64,000 bases of DNA from an uncultured beta proteobacterium (GTDB lineage Bacteria > Pseudomonadota > Gammaproteobacteria > Burkholderiales > SG8-41): the NCBI GenBank assembly GCA_963829085.1, contig CAWHHJ010000012.1, positions 267,845-331,844 of the forward strand, in the 5' to 3' direction. The translations under genes and the position numbers were made by a program. Shown in pieces: positions 1-12,111 of this stretch. Numbering within the stretch: the first letter of the stretch is position 1; every line of letters begins with the position of its first letter. The notes under the pieces are model-generated. The model did not search any database. It was given only the letters and a program-made list of their open reading frames with translations, and was not told the origin of the DNA.

Positions 1-372
1 CCACTCGGGCGCTCTGCAGCCCACGATCGGTCCTTCGCGGTTCAGGTATTTGGCGGTGTACGGGAGGCGGACCCCGCCCGACTGCTCGGGGAAAAGACTG
101 AGACGTCGTACGGGAAATACGCGCGTTGCGGGAATGAGAACGTTATCGAGCAGTTGCTGCCTGCTGACTATATCTGTGGGTTCGAGATCGTCTTCACGGA
201 AGCCATGATTCGGGCCCGGGAGAATATCAAGGTCGAACGCACCCTGCGCATAGGTGCCGCAGATCGCGAGAAATACCAGGAAGTCGTAGGATGCCGGCGC
301 GTTCGCGAGATCGTATGTGAATTTAGGGAAGGTCGACTTGCGCTTGATCGCCGTCAAGAACGCCTTAAGCAT
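1..372 (-). CDS. hypothetical protein (N-terminal part; continues past the left edge of the window)
   Basis: ATG at 372 on the minus strand, with an open frame to position 1. My translation is MLKAFLTAIKRKSTFPKFTYDLANAPASYDFLVFLAICGTYAQGAFDLDILPGPNHGFREDDLEPTDIV... It is absent from the ORF track because there is no stop in the window. I recognise no family. The overlapping track ORF 154..423(+) looks spurious. Confidence 0.4.
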   Translation of the reverse strand, partial: MLKAFLTAIKRKSTFPKFTYDLANAPASYDFLVFLAICGTYAQGAFDLDILPGPNHGFREDDLEPTDIVSRQQLLDNVLIPATRVFPVRRLSLFPEQSGGVRLPYTAKYLNREGPIVGCRAPEW

Positions 373-549
373 GCCGTCTTTGTAAACCCTTATAGTACTC
401 GCCAGTCGGCCATGGATGCCTGACAATGCGGCGACGCCATGGTTACAGGTGTCTATTTCTTTTGATCTTAACATCGCCGGCGTACTGTCACCACTGGGAT
501 GGCACGGCTATGCAAGCAGGGCGTCCCCGGACCGGGGAGTTACCGTCAC

Positions 550-1038
550 ATGGATCTACACCTATATAACCTCTCGCAAAACGTCGGCAAGCTCTTGCTG
601 GCGACGTCTAACTTTCTGGTCACTGCGGAGTCGTGTACCGGCGGGTGGATCGGCGAGGCCATTACGATGGTACCCGGCAGTTCCGCCTGGTACGAGCGCG
701 GCTTCATTACCTACACAAACGCCGCCAAACGCGAAATGCTCGATGTAAACGCCAATACACTCGAAACGTTTGGCGCCGTTTCAGAAGAGACCGTTCTCGA
801 GATGGTCGCCGGCGCACTGGCGCACAGCACGGCGCACATTGCCGCTGCAGTGAGCGGCGTAGCCGGACCAGGCGGCGGCACGGCAGCTAAACCCGTGGGC
901 ATGATTTGCCTCGCGTGGGCGAGGAGAGGACGGGACGCGGTTGCAGAAACGCAGCAATTCACCGGCGACCGTGAGTCGATCCGCCGCCAATCGGTCGAGC
1001 GCGCACTCGAAGGTGTGCTGCAGATCGCTGCGAAGTAG
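550..1038 (+). CDS. pncC: CinA-family nicotinamide-nucleotide amidohydrolase (PncC-like, CinA C-terminal domain)
   Basis: Internal ATG at 550 of track ORF 499..1038. MDLHLYNLSQNVGKLLLATSNFLVTAESCTGGW...AAVSGVAGPGGG is a typical CinA/PncC domain. The position just upstream of recA is conserved. Confidence 0.85.
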   Translation: MDLHLYNLSQNVGKLLLATSNFLVTAESCTGGWIGEAITMVPGSSAWYERGFITYTNAAKREMLDVNANTLETFGAVSEETVLEMVAGALAHSTAHIAAAVSGVAGPGGGTAAKPVGMICLAWARRGRDAVAETQQFTGDRESIRRQSVERALEGVLQIAAK

Positions 1039-1195
1039 TACCAACGTCATAGCCGTCATCCCCGCCGTGAGCATCGCGTTGTTGCTGTATGGGTGGCGCA
1101 TATCGTAAATGCGAACATGCGCCGCTCGAGACAGCGGGCATGCAGCCGCAACGGCTTAGGGCCGATCTAAGTATGCGATAATTGAAGGAGCTTAA

Positions 1196-2242
1196 ATGGG
1201 AAATATCATGGACGAAAACAAAACGAAGGCACTGGCTGCAGCTCTGTCGCAAATAGAAAAGCAATTCGGTAAAGGCTCCATCATGCGGCTGGGTGAAGCC
1301 GATATCTCCAAGGACATTCAGGTCGTTTCGACCGGATCTCTAGGCCTTGATATCGCCCTTGGAATCGGCGGCCTGCCGCGGGGACGTGTGATCGAGATTT
1401 ACGGCCCCGAATCTTCCGGCAAAACGACGCTTACACTGTCTGTGATCGCACAAATGCAAAAGCTTGGCGGCACGGCGGCTTTTATCGATGCAGAGCATGC
1501 GCTCGATCCGCAGTATGCACAGAAGCTCGGCGTTAACGTCCAGGAATTGCTGATATCGCAGCCTGACAATGGCGAACAGGCGCTCGAAATCGCCGACATG
1601 CTCGTGCGTTCGGGTTCAGTGGATGTCGTGGTCGTCGACTCGGTCGCTGCGCTGACGCCGAAAGCAGAAATCGAAGGTGAAATGGGCGAACCTCAGATGG
1701 GGTTACAGGCTCGCCTCATGTCGCAGGCACTGCGCAAACTGACCGGCAATATCAAACGGTCGAACACGATGGTGATTTTCATCAATCAGATTCGCATGAA
1801 GATCGGCGTAATGTTCGGTAATCCTGAGACCACAACCGGCGGGAACGCACTCAAGTTCTATGCGTCCGTGCGCATCGACATCCGACGTACCGGTGCGATC
1901 AAAAAAGGCGACGAAGTCATCGGCTCCGAGACACGCGCCAAAGTCGTCAAGAACAAAGTGGCGCCGCCCTTTCGCGTCGCCGACTTCGATATTTTGTACG
2001 GCGAAGGCATTTCGCGCGAAGGCGAGATCATCGAGCTTGGCGTATTGCACAAGATCGTCGACAAATCCGGGGCGTGGTACACCTACGGCAAGGAACGGAT
2101 CGGGCAGGGCAAGGACAATACGCGCGATTACCTCAGAGAACATTCGGACATGGCGCAGGAGATCGAGAACAAAATCCGCGCCGCGATAGGCGTCGGTGGC
2201 GGAGCAGAGCCGGCAGAAGCCGCAGTCGCAGCGGAGAGGTAG
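1196..2242 (+). CDS. recA: recombinase RecA
   Basis: 348 aa with Walker [11 protein letters not shown] and the motifs [10 protein letters not shown] and [39 protein letters not shown] Shine-Dalgarno at 1185-1190, 5 nt before the ATG. Confidence 0.98.
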   Translation: MGNIMDENKTKALAAALSQIEKQFGKGSIMRLGEADISKDIQVVSTGSLGLDIALGIGGLPRGRVIEIYGPESSGKTTLTLSVIAQMQKLGGTAAFIDAEHALDPQYAQKLGVNVQELLISQPDNGEQALEIADMLVRSGSVDVVVVDSVAALTPKAEIEGEMGEPQMGLQARLMSQALRKLTGNIKRSNTMVIFINQIRMKIGVMFGNPETTTGGNALKFYASVRIDIRRTGAIKKGDEVIGSETRAKVVKNKVAPPFRVADFDILYGEGISREGEIIELGVLHKIVDKSGAWYTYGKERIGQGKDNTRDYLREHSDMAQEIENKIRAAIGVGGGAEPAEAAVAAER

Positions 2243-2690
2243 GACCGAACGCAGCCTGCGGGCTCGCGCGCTCGCGATGCTCGCGCGCCGCGAGCATTCG
2301 AGACTTGAGCTCGTTCGCAAGCTCGCCCCATTCTCAGAGAACGCCGAAGAAGTTGCGTCATTGCTCGACGACTTCGAGCAGCGGGGCTGGCTCTCCGAGC
2401 ATCGTTTCATCGAGCAGGTCACTGCATCACGGCGCCGCCGGTTCGGGGCGTCGCGAATCGCACATGAATTGCGTGAGAAAGGCGTGTCGGATGCAGCCGT
2501 AGCGGGTGCCAAGTCCCAACTGATGGAGACTGAGCTCGACGCCGCTCGAAACGTATGGATGAAGAAGTTCGGGACGCGTGCGGCTAATGCATCAGAGCGC
2601 GCGCGGCAGATCAGATTCATGCAGGGCCGTGGTTTTTCCCTCGACACCGTGCTTCGCATCATGAAACACGATGCCGGCGATGAAGAATAG
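2196..2690 (+). CDS. recX: recombination regulator RecX
   Basis: 164 aa. [20 protein letters not shown]...[26 protein letters not shown] shows RecX repeat architecture, and the gene lies directly after recA. The called ATG overlaps the recA 3' end by 47 nt, so the start is uncertain. Confidence 0.85.
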   Translation: MAEQSRQKPQSQRRGRTERSLRARALAMLARREHSRLELVRKLAPFSENAEEVASLLDDFEQRGWLSEHRFIEQVTASRRRRFGASRIAHELREKGVSDAAVAGAKSQLMETELDAARNVWMKKFGTRAANASERARQIRFMQGRGFSLDTVLRIMKHDAGDEE

Positions 2691-2746
2691 GTCGGCTGGT
2701 GCGCTGTAATATGGTTTATTGCGCCAGTCGATCGGTTTGTATGTGA

Positions 2747-5411
<2,665 letters not shown>

Positions 5412-5574
5412 AGCAGCGCAGTTGCTTGACGATCATGCTGCGTCTGTAAGTCACGCTGGATAGTTCGAACGGCGGAGTGCGGTTTATCTTCGGCAGATTG
5501 TCAGATCAAGCTACCAGCGAACGGCGGGCCCTCGTCCTCTTAAGCTGCACGTACTTGATCTTGTCGGATCGCAG

Positions 5575-6621
5575 CTAGCGCGAGGCGCGTGATCGAATCG
5601 GCCGGTCTGAACCCGGGCGTAAAGAGTCGTCCACCGTCGCTCGGAAATAAGCCAGCAAGCGCCTCGGCAACCAGTCGCTCCGGCCGGGGAATGCTCCGGT
5701 GATAAAGCCTACGTGTCCGCCGGATGCTGGAAATTCAGCAGTGACTTGATTCGATACTTCGAGCGAAGTGGGCAGCGCCTGCTCAGGCAAAAACGGGTCG
5801 TTGCGCGCGTTTATCATGAGCGTCGGCACTGCAATGTGCTTGAGCAAAGGCTTGCTGCTTGCGCGCGTCCAGTAATCATCGGTGTCGCGATAACCATGCA
5901 GCGGCGCGGTGACAACATTGTCGAAATCACGCAAGGTCGCTGCGGCGAGCATGGCCGTGCGGTCGCATAAGCGCGGAAACTGCACGAGCTTCGCCATGGT
6001 CTTGCGCTTCATTGTGCGCAGGAAATTGCGCGTGTAGATCATGTTCAGTCCGCGGCCCAGCGCGTCGCCGGCGGCCATGAGATCGACCGGCGCAGAAACT
6101 GCTGCTGCCGCATGTATTACTTCAGCGGCCGCGCGCCGTTGTTCGCCGAGCCATTTGAGCAGCGCATTACCGCCGAGCGAAACACCTGTTGCGAAGAGGA
6201 TGCATGCCGGCTGCATATCTTTCAGGCGTCGCAATATCCAGTCGATCTCAAGACTGTCGCCGGAATGATAGGCGCGCGAGTGCAGGTTGATCTCGCCGCT
6301 GCAGCCGCGGAAATGAACGACGGCGCCGCGCCAACCGATCTTATTTACTGCATGCATCAGCGCGGCTGCATAGGGGCTCGCCGACCCGCCCTCGAGACCA
6401 TGAAACAGCACGACGAGCGGAACGGATTTGTCAACTGCGCTGTTGTCTTGTCCAGCCGCCCAGTCGACATCGATGAAGTCACCGTCAGGGGTATTCCATC
6501 GCTCTCGCCGATAAACTACTCGCGGCGGGCGGGCGAAGAGGGCTGCATAGATAGTCTGCGCATGGCCGCCGGGCAGCCACGCCGGCGCCTGATAGGGTTG
6601 AATTGAACCGTGGTCGCTCAT
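5575..6621 (-). CDS. alpha/beta-fold hydrolase (YheT-like)
   Basis: 348 aa with VVLFHGLEGGSASPY and the nucleophile elbow GVSLGGN. Overall layout matches the YheT/abhydrolase family. Confidence 0.8.
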   Translation of the reverse strand: MSDHGSIQPYQAPAWLPGGHAQTIYAALFARPPRVVYRRERWNTPDGDFIDVDWAAGQDNSAVDKSVPLVVLFHGLEGGSASPYAAALMHAVNKIGWRGAVVHFRGCSGEINLHSRAYHSGDSLEIDWILRRLKDMQPACILFATGVSLGGNALLKWLGEQRRAAAEVIHAAAAVSAPVDLMAAGDALGRGLNMIYTRNFLRTMKRKTMAKLVQFPRLCDRTAMLAAATLRDFDNVVTAPLHGYRDTDDYWTRASSKPLLKHIAVPTLMINARNDPFLPEQALPTSLEVSNQVTAEFPASGGHVGFITGAFPGRSDWLPRRLLAYFRATVDDSLRPGSDRPIRSRASR

Positions 6622-6730
6622 CGGGCGTTAGCCATTGATGCGCCCGTCCGGCAGGAAGAAACTCGGTACAGAAGCGGACAAAAAGAAAGCGGGTCCATCC
6701 CGGACCCGCTTGATAGCTTCCCGAGCGGTG

Positions 6731-7510
6731 TCAGTCGCGATAGGACGGATCGATCTTGTCGAGCTTGCGCAGCAGCGCCGGCCATTCGAGCAGGCCCCAG
6801 CGGCGGCGCGCACCGGGTTTGAATCCGTCCTGCGTTTGTTTGACGACTTCCTGCGGCGGCAGGCGGATCTCCGTGTTGCATGAGAGCGTCGTAACCTGTA
6901 ACTGACAGGCGCGTTCGAGCCGGTACATATTGTTGAAGCATTCGGGGATCGACGGGCCGACAGTGAGCAGGCCGTGATTGCGCAGGATCATCGCTTCGCG
7001 ATTGCCCAAATCGTCGACCAGACGGGCGCGCTCATCGAGATCGAGCGCCGGACCTTCGTAATCGTGATAAGCGATATCGCCGAAGCGCATCGCCGTTTGC
7101 GCAAGCGGCAGCAGGCCTGTCTTCATTGCGGACACCGCCATGCCGGCCAGCGTATGAGTGTGAATCACGCAATCGACCTCATGCAGCGCGGCGTGCACAG
7201 CGCTATGAATGACGTAGCCCGCCTTGTTGATCTCGAATTCGGTTGCATTGAACAGTATGTTGCCGTCGATATCGATCTTGATCATGCTCGACGCGGTCAT
7301 CTCTTCGTAGAGCATGCCATACGGATTGATCAGGAACTGGTCGTGCGTTCCGGGCACTCGCGCGGAAATATGGTTCGCAATCATCTCGGTCATGCCGTAC
7401 TCATGCATGAGTCGATAACAGGCCGCCAGATTGACGCGTGTTTCCCATTCCTCGGCGCTTACCTGATCGCGCACCGCTTGCTTGCCCTTCTTGAGCTGAG
7501 TGATAGTCAT
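6731..7510 (-). CDS. class II aldolase/adducin family protein
   Basis: 259 aa. EEWETRVNLAACYRLMHEYGMTEMIANHISARVPG...VIHSAVHAALHEVDCVIHTHT is the class II aldolase/adducin N-terminal domain pattern, including the His cluster for the metal. Confidence 0.85.
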   Translation of the reverse strand: MTITQLKKGKQAVRDQVSAEEWETRVNLAACYRLMHEYGMTEMIANHISARVPGTHDQFLINPYGMLYEEMTASSMIKIDIDGNILFNATEFEINKAGYVIHSAVHAALHEVDCVIHTHTLAGMAVSAMKTGLLPLAQTAMRFGDIAYHDYEGPALDLDERARLVDDLGNREAMILRNHGLLTVGPSIPECFNNMYRLERACQLQVTTLSCNTEIRLPPQEVVKQTQDGFKPGARRRWGLLEWPALLRKLDKIDPSYRD

Positions 7511-7587
7511 TGTGCCGTTCCTTTCAGGCAGATAGTGTCGTTAGATTATCAGGCCCCTCGGGGCGCTGCCTAGCTTCGCGCCCATGC

Positions 7588-9086
7588 TCACGCTTTGGCC
7601 TGCGCGCCTGCGCTATTGCCGGCGAGCCGGCCGAATACCGATCCGGATACGAGGCCGGCGCCGCCCGCATAGTTATGATAGAAAAGGCCGCCCACCAGTT
7701 CGCCGGCGGCGTATAAGCCCGGAGATCGGTTTGCCGGCGGTGTCTTCGACCTGGCCGTTCGCCGGATCAATCTTCACGCCGCCAAAGGTGAACGTAACAC
7801 CGCATGTGATTGCGTAGGCTTCGTAAGGCGGCGTGTCGAGCACGTTCGCCCAATTGGTTTTCGCGACCGGCAGACCCGTCGTGCCGCGCCCATCCTTGAT
7901 CGCCGGGTTGAAGGGAACGTCAGTCTGCACCGCCTTGTTATAGTCCTTGAGCGTTTGCAGGCAGCGCTTGGCATCCACGCCCTCGAGCTTCGTCACGAGA
8001 TCTTCGAGCGTGTTGGCGGTTACCTTCGTCATCTGTTTGATGCGATATTCGTCACGCAGCATATGCAGCACTTTTTTATCGAATATCTGCCACGCGAACA
8101 TGTTCGGCTGCTCCATGATCACTTTGCCGTACTTCGCATAGGTGTAATTGCGGAAATCCGCGCCCTCATCGACGAAGCGCTCGCCTTTCGCGTTGACCAT
8201 GATGCCCAGGGGATAGCTGTGCTTCTGAAAATTATCGCCAACGGCCAGATCGCCGAACGGCGGCGCGTTCTGGTCCCAGCCCACCGCATGACAACCGGAC
8301 CAATGTCCGTACGGCAGCGCGCCCGCCTCGAGCGCCGCGCGAATACCGGCGCCGGTGTTGTAGCGGGTGCCGCGCACTTTCGCCAAATCCCAGTTAGGCC
8401 CGAGATAACGTGCGCGCATTTCAGCGTTTGACTCAAAACCGCCGCAGGCGAGCACGACTGCTTTTGCGGGAATTGCAACTGTGCGCCCTTCGCTGCGGGC
8501 GCGCACCCCTTTGACGCCGCTGTCGTCGGTGATGAGGCCGATGGCCGGGGTCTCGTAGTAAATCGGAATGCCTTCGCGTTCGCACGCCTTGTGCTCGAGC
8601 TCGATCAGGCCCGGTCCGCCGCCCCAGGTCTCGCAAGCAAGACCGCCCCAGAACTTGAACTTGCCGTCAACCTTGAATGCCTGGCGGCCGTACGGTGCTT
8701 GGAACTTCACGCCCTTTTTGCGCATCCACACCATCGTTTCGAAACTGCGCCTGACGAGTATTTCGCACAGGTCCGGATCCTGTACGGTAATTGGTAATGC
8801 GGCCCATATCATCGAAATACTGGTCTTCGGTGTAAGTGCCGTAATCGCACGTCTTCCGCTCGTCGTCCGTAATGTCATACAGCTGCGCGAGATCATCGGC
8901 GCCGTTGAACACGATGCGAACCGCGCCGGCCGTATAGCGGCTGTTGCCGCCGCAGTCATCGATTGGAGCCGCTTCCAACACGATCACTTTTGCGCCGGAC
9001 TCACGCGCCGCGAGCGCTGCACAGCACGCCGCATTGCCTGCGCCGATGACGATAACATCGGGGTTGCCAAAATCAGTAGTGCTCAT
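7588..9086 (-). pseudogene. FAD-dependent oxidoreductase (TcuA / fumarate-reductase-flavoprotein-like), two frame breaks
   Basis: Three collinear track ORFs (8667..9161, 7673..8959, 7588..7770) join into one protein of about 500 aa. It starts MSTTDFGNPDVIVIGAGNAACCAALAARESGAKVIVLE (FAD dinucleotide fold) and ends ...GLYAAGELVGGLFYHNYAGGAGLVSG. The breaks are near 8780 (..NYRT|DPDLCEIL..) and near 7719 (..KPISG|LYAAGE..). Confidence 0.8.
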
Positions 9087-9184
9087 CGCTGTCCTCGGTA
9101 TGGTATTGCGATAGGGATCGGAACGATGCGCGGCCCGGATACTGCGGACAATCGAGGGCACACGGCAAGGTGATAAACGAGCAG

Positions 9185-9644
9185 CTAATTATAGCTTCGA
9201 TGCCGACTCAATGCAGTGTCTTGGGAGCGCCGTTTGCTATCGGACTCAGGCGCGGACGGCGTCGGCGAAGCATGATGCACTACCATGCGCCAGCCACTCG
9301 CCGTCCGCATGTATACATTCGGTAGCGATGACGGGGCCGCGCGCACGTGCTTCGCCGGCCACGGAGATCTGTTCATAGACGCTGTGCACGCGCAAGCGTC
9401 ATTCCGTTCACGCGACTGCTGCTGGCGCAGCCGGAAACGCAGGGTTTGTCCCGCCAGAAAAGATCTGGCGCCACGCCTCGCGCACCTGCTCGACGCCCGA
9501 CAGCCGCGGGCCCGCAGGATGCACGCACAAGATGTCATCATCATCCGCCCACACGCCCATCATGGCGTCGAGATCGCCTTTTTCGAAGGCCTCGTAAAAA
9601 GCCGCCTCCGCGTCCTGCGGCGTCGTGAACAGCGCGCGTTTCAT
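9185..9644 (-). pseudogene. SnoaL-like / NTF2-fold protein (DUF4440-type), about four frame breaks
   Basis: The N-terminus MKRALFTTPQDAEAAFYEAFEKGDLDAMMGVWADDDDILCVHPAGPRLSGVEQVREAWRQIFSGG is in track ORF 9408..9644. The rest can only be read by hopping frames: QTLRFRLRQQQSR / NGMTLA / VHSVYEQISVAGEARARGPVIAT / NVYMRTASGWRMVVHHASP. The breaks are near 9449, 9409, 9390 and 9320. Confidence 0.65.
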
Positions 9645-10666
9645 GTCGAAGTGATTCTAGCAAAGTCGATCTGCTGCCAGACGTGGTCAGGCGTCAGCTT
9701 GCGCATGCAGTCGAAATGACCCAGTGGACAGACGCGCTGAAAGCAGGGGCTGCATGGGAGATCGAGGCGCAATACCCTGGCGTGAGTGCTCATGGGTGGC
9801 GTAAATCCCGGACTGCTCGAGCCGAAAAGAGCGAGCGTCGGTTTGTTGAGCGCCGCAGCAATGTGCATAAGACCCGAGTCGTTCGCCACCACGACGGTCG
9901 CCGACGCAATGACATCGATCGCCTGTGCGAGTGTTGTGCGGCCGCAAAGATTAACGCATTCGCCGCCACTTCCGTTCACGATCTCGGCCGCAACCGCGCG
10001 ATCGTTCGCGGAGCCAACGAGCCAGACCTTGTAGCGCGCCTCTGCGAACTTGCGCGCAAGGTCGGCGAAATACGCGGGCGGCCACCGTTTTGCCGGGCCG
10101 TATTCGGCGCCCGGACATAACACTGCGATGTTGTCCGTATCGGCGATGCCAAGAGCAGCAAGAGTCGCTGCGCGTTGCTCGACATTCACAATCAGGCGCG
10201 GCGGATCGAGCGGCCGCTTGAGCGAAGCGCCCCGCGGTTCCGCCAGTGCCGCAAAACGCTCGACCATCAAAGGCAGCGCTTGCTTGTCCAGCGGTCGTGC
10301 GTCGTTGAGCAGACCGCACCGCGCTTCGCCAACATAACCCGTGCGCCGCGGTATCCGTGCAAAAAACGGAATCAGCGCCGACTTGAAGGAATTAGGTAGA
10401 ACGATGGCGTGCGTGTACTCGCGCTCAGCAAGCGCTCTCGCGAGCCGGTAACGAGCCGCAAGCGCGAGTTCTCCATGTGCGAACGGGTTCACGAGTGTCG
10501 CGCTGATTTCCGGCATGCGGGCAAAGAGCGCATGTGTCCAGGCCGGCGCGAATGCATCGATGACGGTGTCTGCATCGCGCTCATGCAAGCGCCTGAACAA
10601 CGGCTGCGCGAGCACGGCATCGCCGACCCACGCCGGCGCGATGATGAGCGTTCGGGCCATCAGCAA
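9641..10666 (-). CDS. waaF: ADP-heptose--LPS heptosyltransferase II
   Basis: 341 aa, GT9 family. TLIIAPAWVGDAVLAQPLFRRL...LPNSFKSALIPFFARIPRRTGYVGE...NDSGLMHIAAALNKPTLALFGSSSP. Confidence 0.85.
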   Translation of the reverse strand: MLMARTLIIAPAWVGDAVLAQPLFRRLHERDADTVIDAFAPAWTHALFARMPEISATLVNPFAHGELALAARYRLARALAEREYTHAIVLPNSFKSALIPFFARIPRRTGYVGEARCGLLNDARPLDKQALPLMVERFAALAEPRGASLKRPLDPPRLIVNVEQRAATLAALGIADTDNIAVLCPGAEYGPAKRWPPAYFADLARKFAEARYKVWLVGSANDRAVAAEIVNGSGGECVNLCGRTTLAQAIDVIASATVVVANDSGLMHIAAALNKPTLALFGSSSPGFTPPMSTHARVLRLDLPCSPCFQRVCPLGHFDCMRKLTPDHVWQQIDFARITST

Positions 10667-10938
10667 CGGGAGTCCGACACAGGACCGCGTGACGCAAAGG
10701 CGGTCGTACAGCGCACGGTGTCGTCATTCATGCCGCGTTCTCCGTTTAAAGCACCAACGTGTGCCGGCTCGTCCGGCGAGCGTCCGGCTTTGACTTCGCC
10801 TTTAAGCGTATAGCGAGTGCCGCAATACGGGCACAGTGCCGTGCCCGTCTCCTCAATCGGCAGGAATACGCGAGGATGCGCATTCCAGAGGAGCATTTCC
10901 GGAGTCGGACAATGCAGCGGCAAGTCGGCTGCTGTCAC
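10660..10938 (-). CDS. zinc-finger (zf-CHCC type) domain protein
   Basis: 92 aa. LHCPTPEMLLWNAHPRVFLPIEETGTALCPYCGTRYTLKG matches the small Zn-ribbon family usually found between ilvE and waaF in betaproteobacteria. From memory, family members are about 60-70 aa. The roughly 25-aa C-terminal tail overlapping the waaF start may be a read-through caused by an indel. Confidence 0.6.
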   Translation of the reverse strand: MTAADLPLHCPTPEMLLWNAHPRVFLPIEETGTALCPYCGTRYTLKGEVKAGRSPDEPAHVGALNGERGMNDDTVRCTTAFASRGPVSDSRC

Positions 10939-10977
10939 GTCGATGTGACGCTGCGGTTTTCGGTTTGTGCCATCGAG

Positions 10978-11904
10978 CTATGCCGCAACCGGCGTCAACC
11001 AGTCGCGATAGGTCTCGCTTTTGCCGGTGACGACGTCGAAGAAACTCTTTTGCAGCCGCGCGGTCACTGGACCGGTTTTGCCGGAGCCGATCGTGCGCCC
11101 GTCCACTTCGCGGATAGGCGTTACTTCGGCAGCGGTCCCGGTAAAGAACGCTTCGTCCGCGATATAGAGATCGTCGCGCGTGATGCGCCGGGCGCCCACC
11201 GTGTAGCCCATTTCCTCGGCGAGTGTGATAACGGACCGGCGGGTGATGCCGACTAGTGCGCTGGTAAGTTCCGGCTCATAAATGTTTCCATCCTTCACCA
11301 TGAAGAGGTTTTCACCTGAGCCTTCCGCAACGAACCCGTCCACATCGAGCAGCAGGCCTTCGTCATAACCGTGTTCGGTTGCTTCCAGGTTCGCCAATAT
11401 GGAATTCGCATACGTACCTGAATACTTCGCGCGGCACATAGACACGTTGACATGATGGCGCGCAAATGACGATGTCTTCACGCGTATGCCTTTTTCAAGC
11501 GCTTCGGCGCCGAGATACGCGCCCCACGGCCATGCCGCGATCGCAACGTGGACTGTCGCGCCTTTGGGCGACACGCCCATTTTCTCGGAGCCATAGAAAG
11601 CGATCGGGCGGATATAGCACGACTCGAGCTTGTTGGCGCGAACCACTTCGCGGTGTGCCTCCATGACGGTTTCCCTGTCGTACGGAATCTTCATCATGTA
11701 AATATGCGCTGAATTGAAGAGCCGCTCGGTGTGCTCCTTCAGACGGAATATAGACGTGCCGCGCGCCGTGCTGTACGCGCGCAATCCTTCGAACACGGCA
11801 AGCCCGTAATGCAGCGAGTGAGTGAGCACATGGGTGTTCGCGTCGCGCCACGGCACCAGTTTGCCGTCATACCATATGTGACCGTCGCGGTCCGCCATCG
11901 ACAT
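10978..11904 (-). CDS. ilvE: branched-chain amino acid aminotransferase
   Basis: Internal start MSMADRDGHIWYDGKLVPWRDANTHVLTHSLHYGLAVFEGLRAY within track ORF 10978..12012. It has class IV aminotransferase motifs (EATEHGYDEGLLLD, GITRRSVI). Confidence 0.9.
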   Translation of the reverse strand: MSMADRDGHIWYDGKLVPWRDANTHVLTHSLHYGLAVFEGLRAYSTARGTSIFRLKEHTERLFNSAHIYMMKIPYDRETVMEAHREVVRANKLESCYIRPIAFYGSEKMGVSPKGATVHVAIAAWPWGAYLGAEALEKGIRVKTSSFARHHVNVSMCRAKYSGTYANSILANLEATEHGYDEGLLLDVDGFVAEGSGENLFMVKDGNIYEPELTSALVGITRRSVITLAEEMGYTVGARRITRDDLYIADEAFFTGTAAEVTPIREVDGRTIGSGKTGPVTARLQKSFFDVVTGKSETYRDWLTPVAA

Positions 11905-12111
11905 CAGCATCTGCTCCCACGTGAAAACGTGAATTTTAACGTATTTCTTGTTTCGCAGTCCGGGCCGGTGGCGAAGCGCAGTTGGCATGCATGCAACATG
12001 CGACGACCGCATTCCTTGACCATGAAATTGATTGGTGTGAATATCCGAGCTACCGCCCGCAGCATAAATACGAGCGCATACAAGCTCGATAAGAAAACGG
12101 AGTTAAAAGCG

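Noticed and set aside
1039-1195. LexA/SOS box upstream of recA.
   Set aside because: The only CTGT-containing stretch (CTGTATGGGTGGCGCA, around 1086) lacks the ACAG half of CTGT-N8-ACAG. I found no other palindrome of that type.
1703-2662. 319-aa ORF antisense to recA/recX. Similar long antisense ORFs occur at 2990..3859, 15356..16126, 17925..18815, 21146..22222, 39169..39834, 41141..42307, 43825..44538, 50711..51457 and 60568..61350.
   Set aside because: All lie opposite genes with unmistakable family signatures. Their translations are Arg/Ala/Pro-rich and low in complexity, as expected for stop-poor antisense frames in DNA of about 60% GC. None has a recognisable motif or ribosome-binding site.
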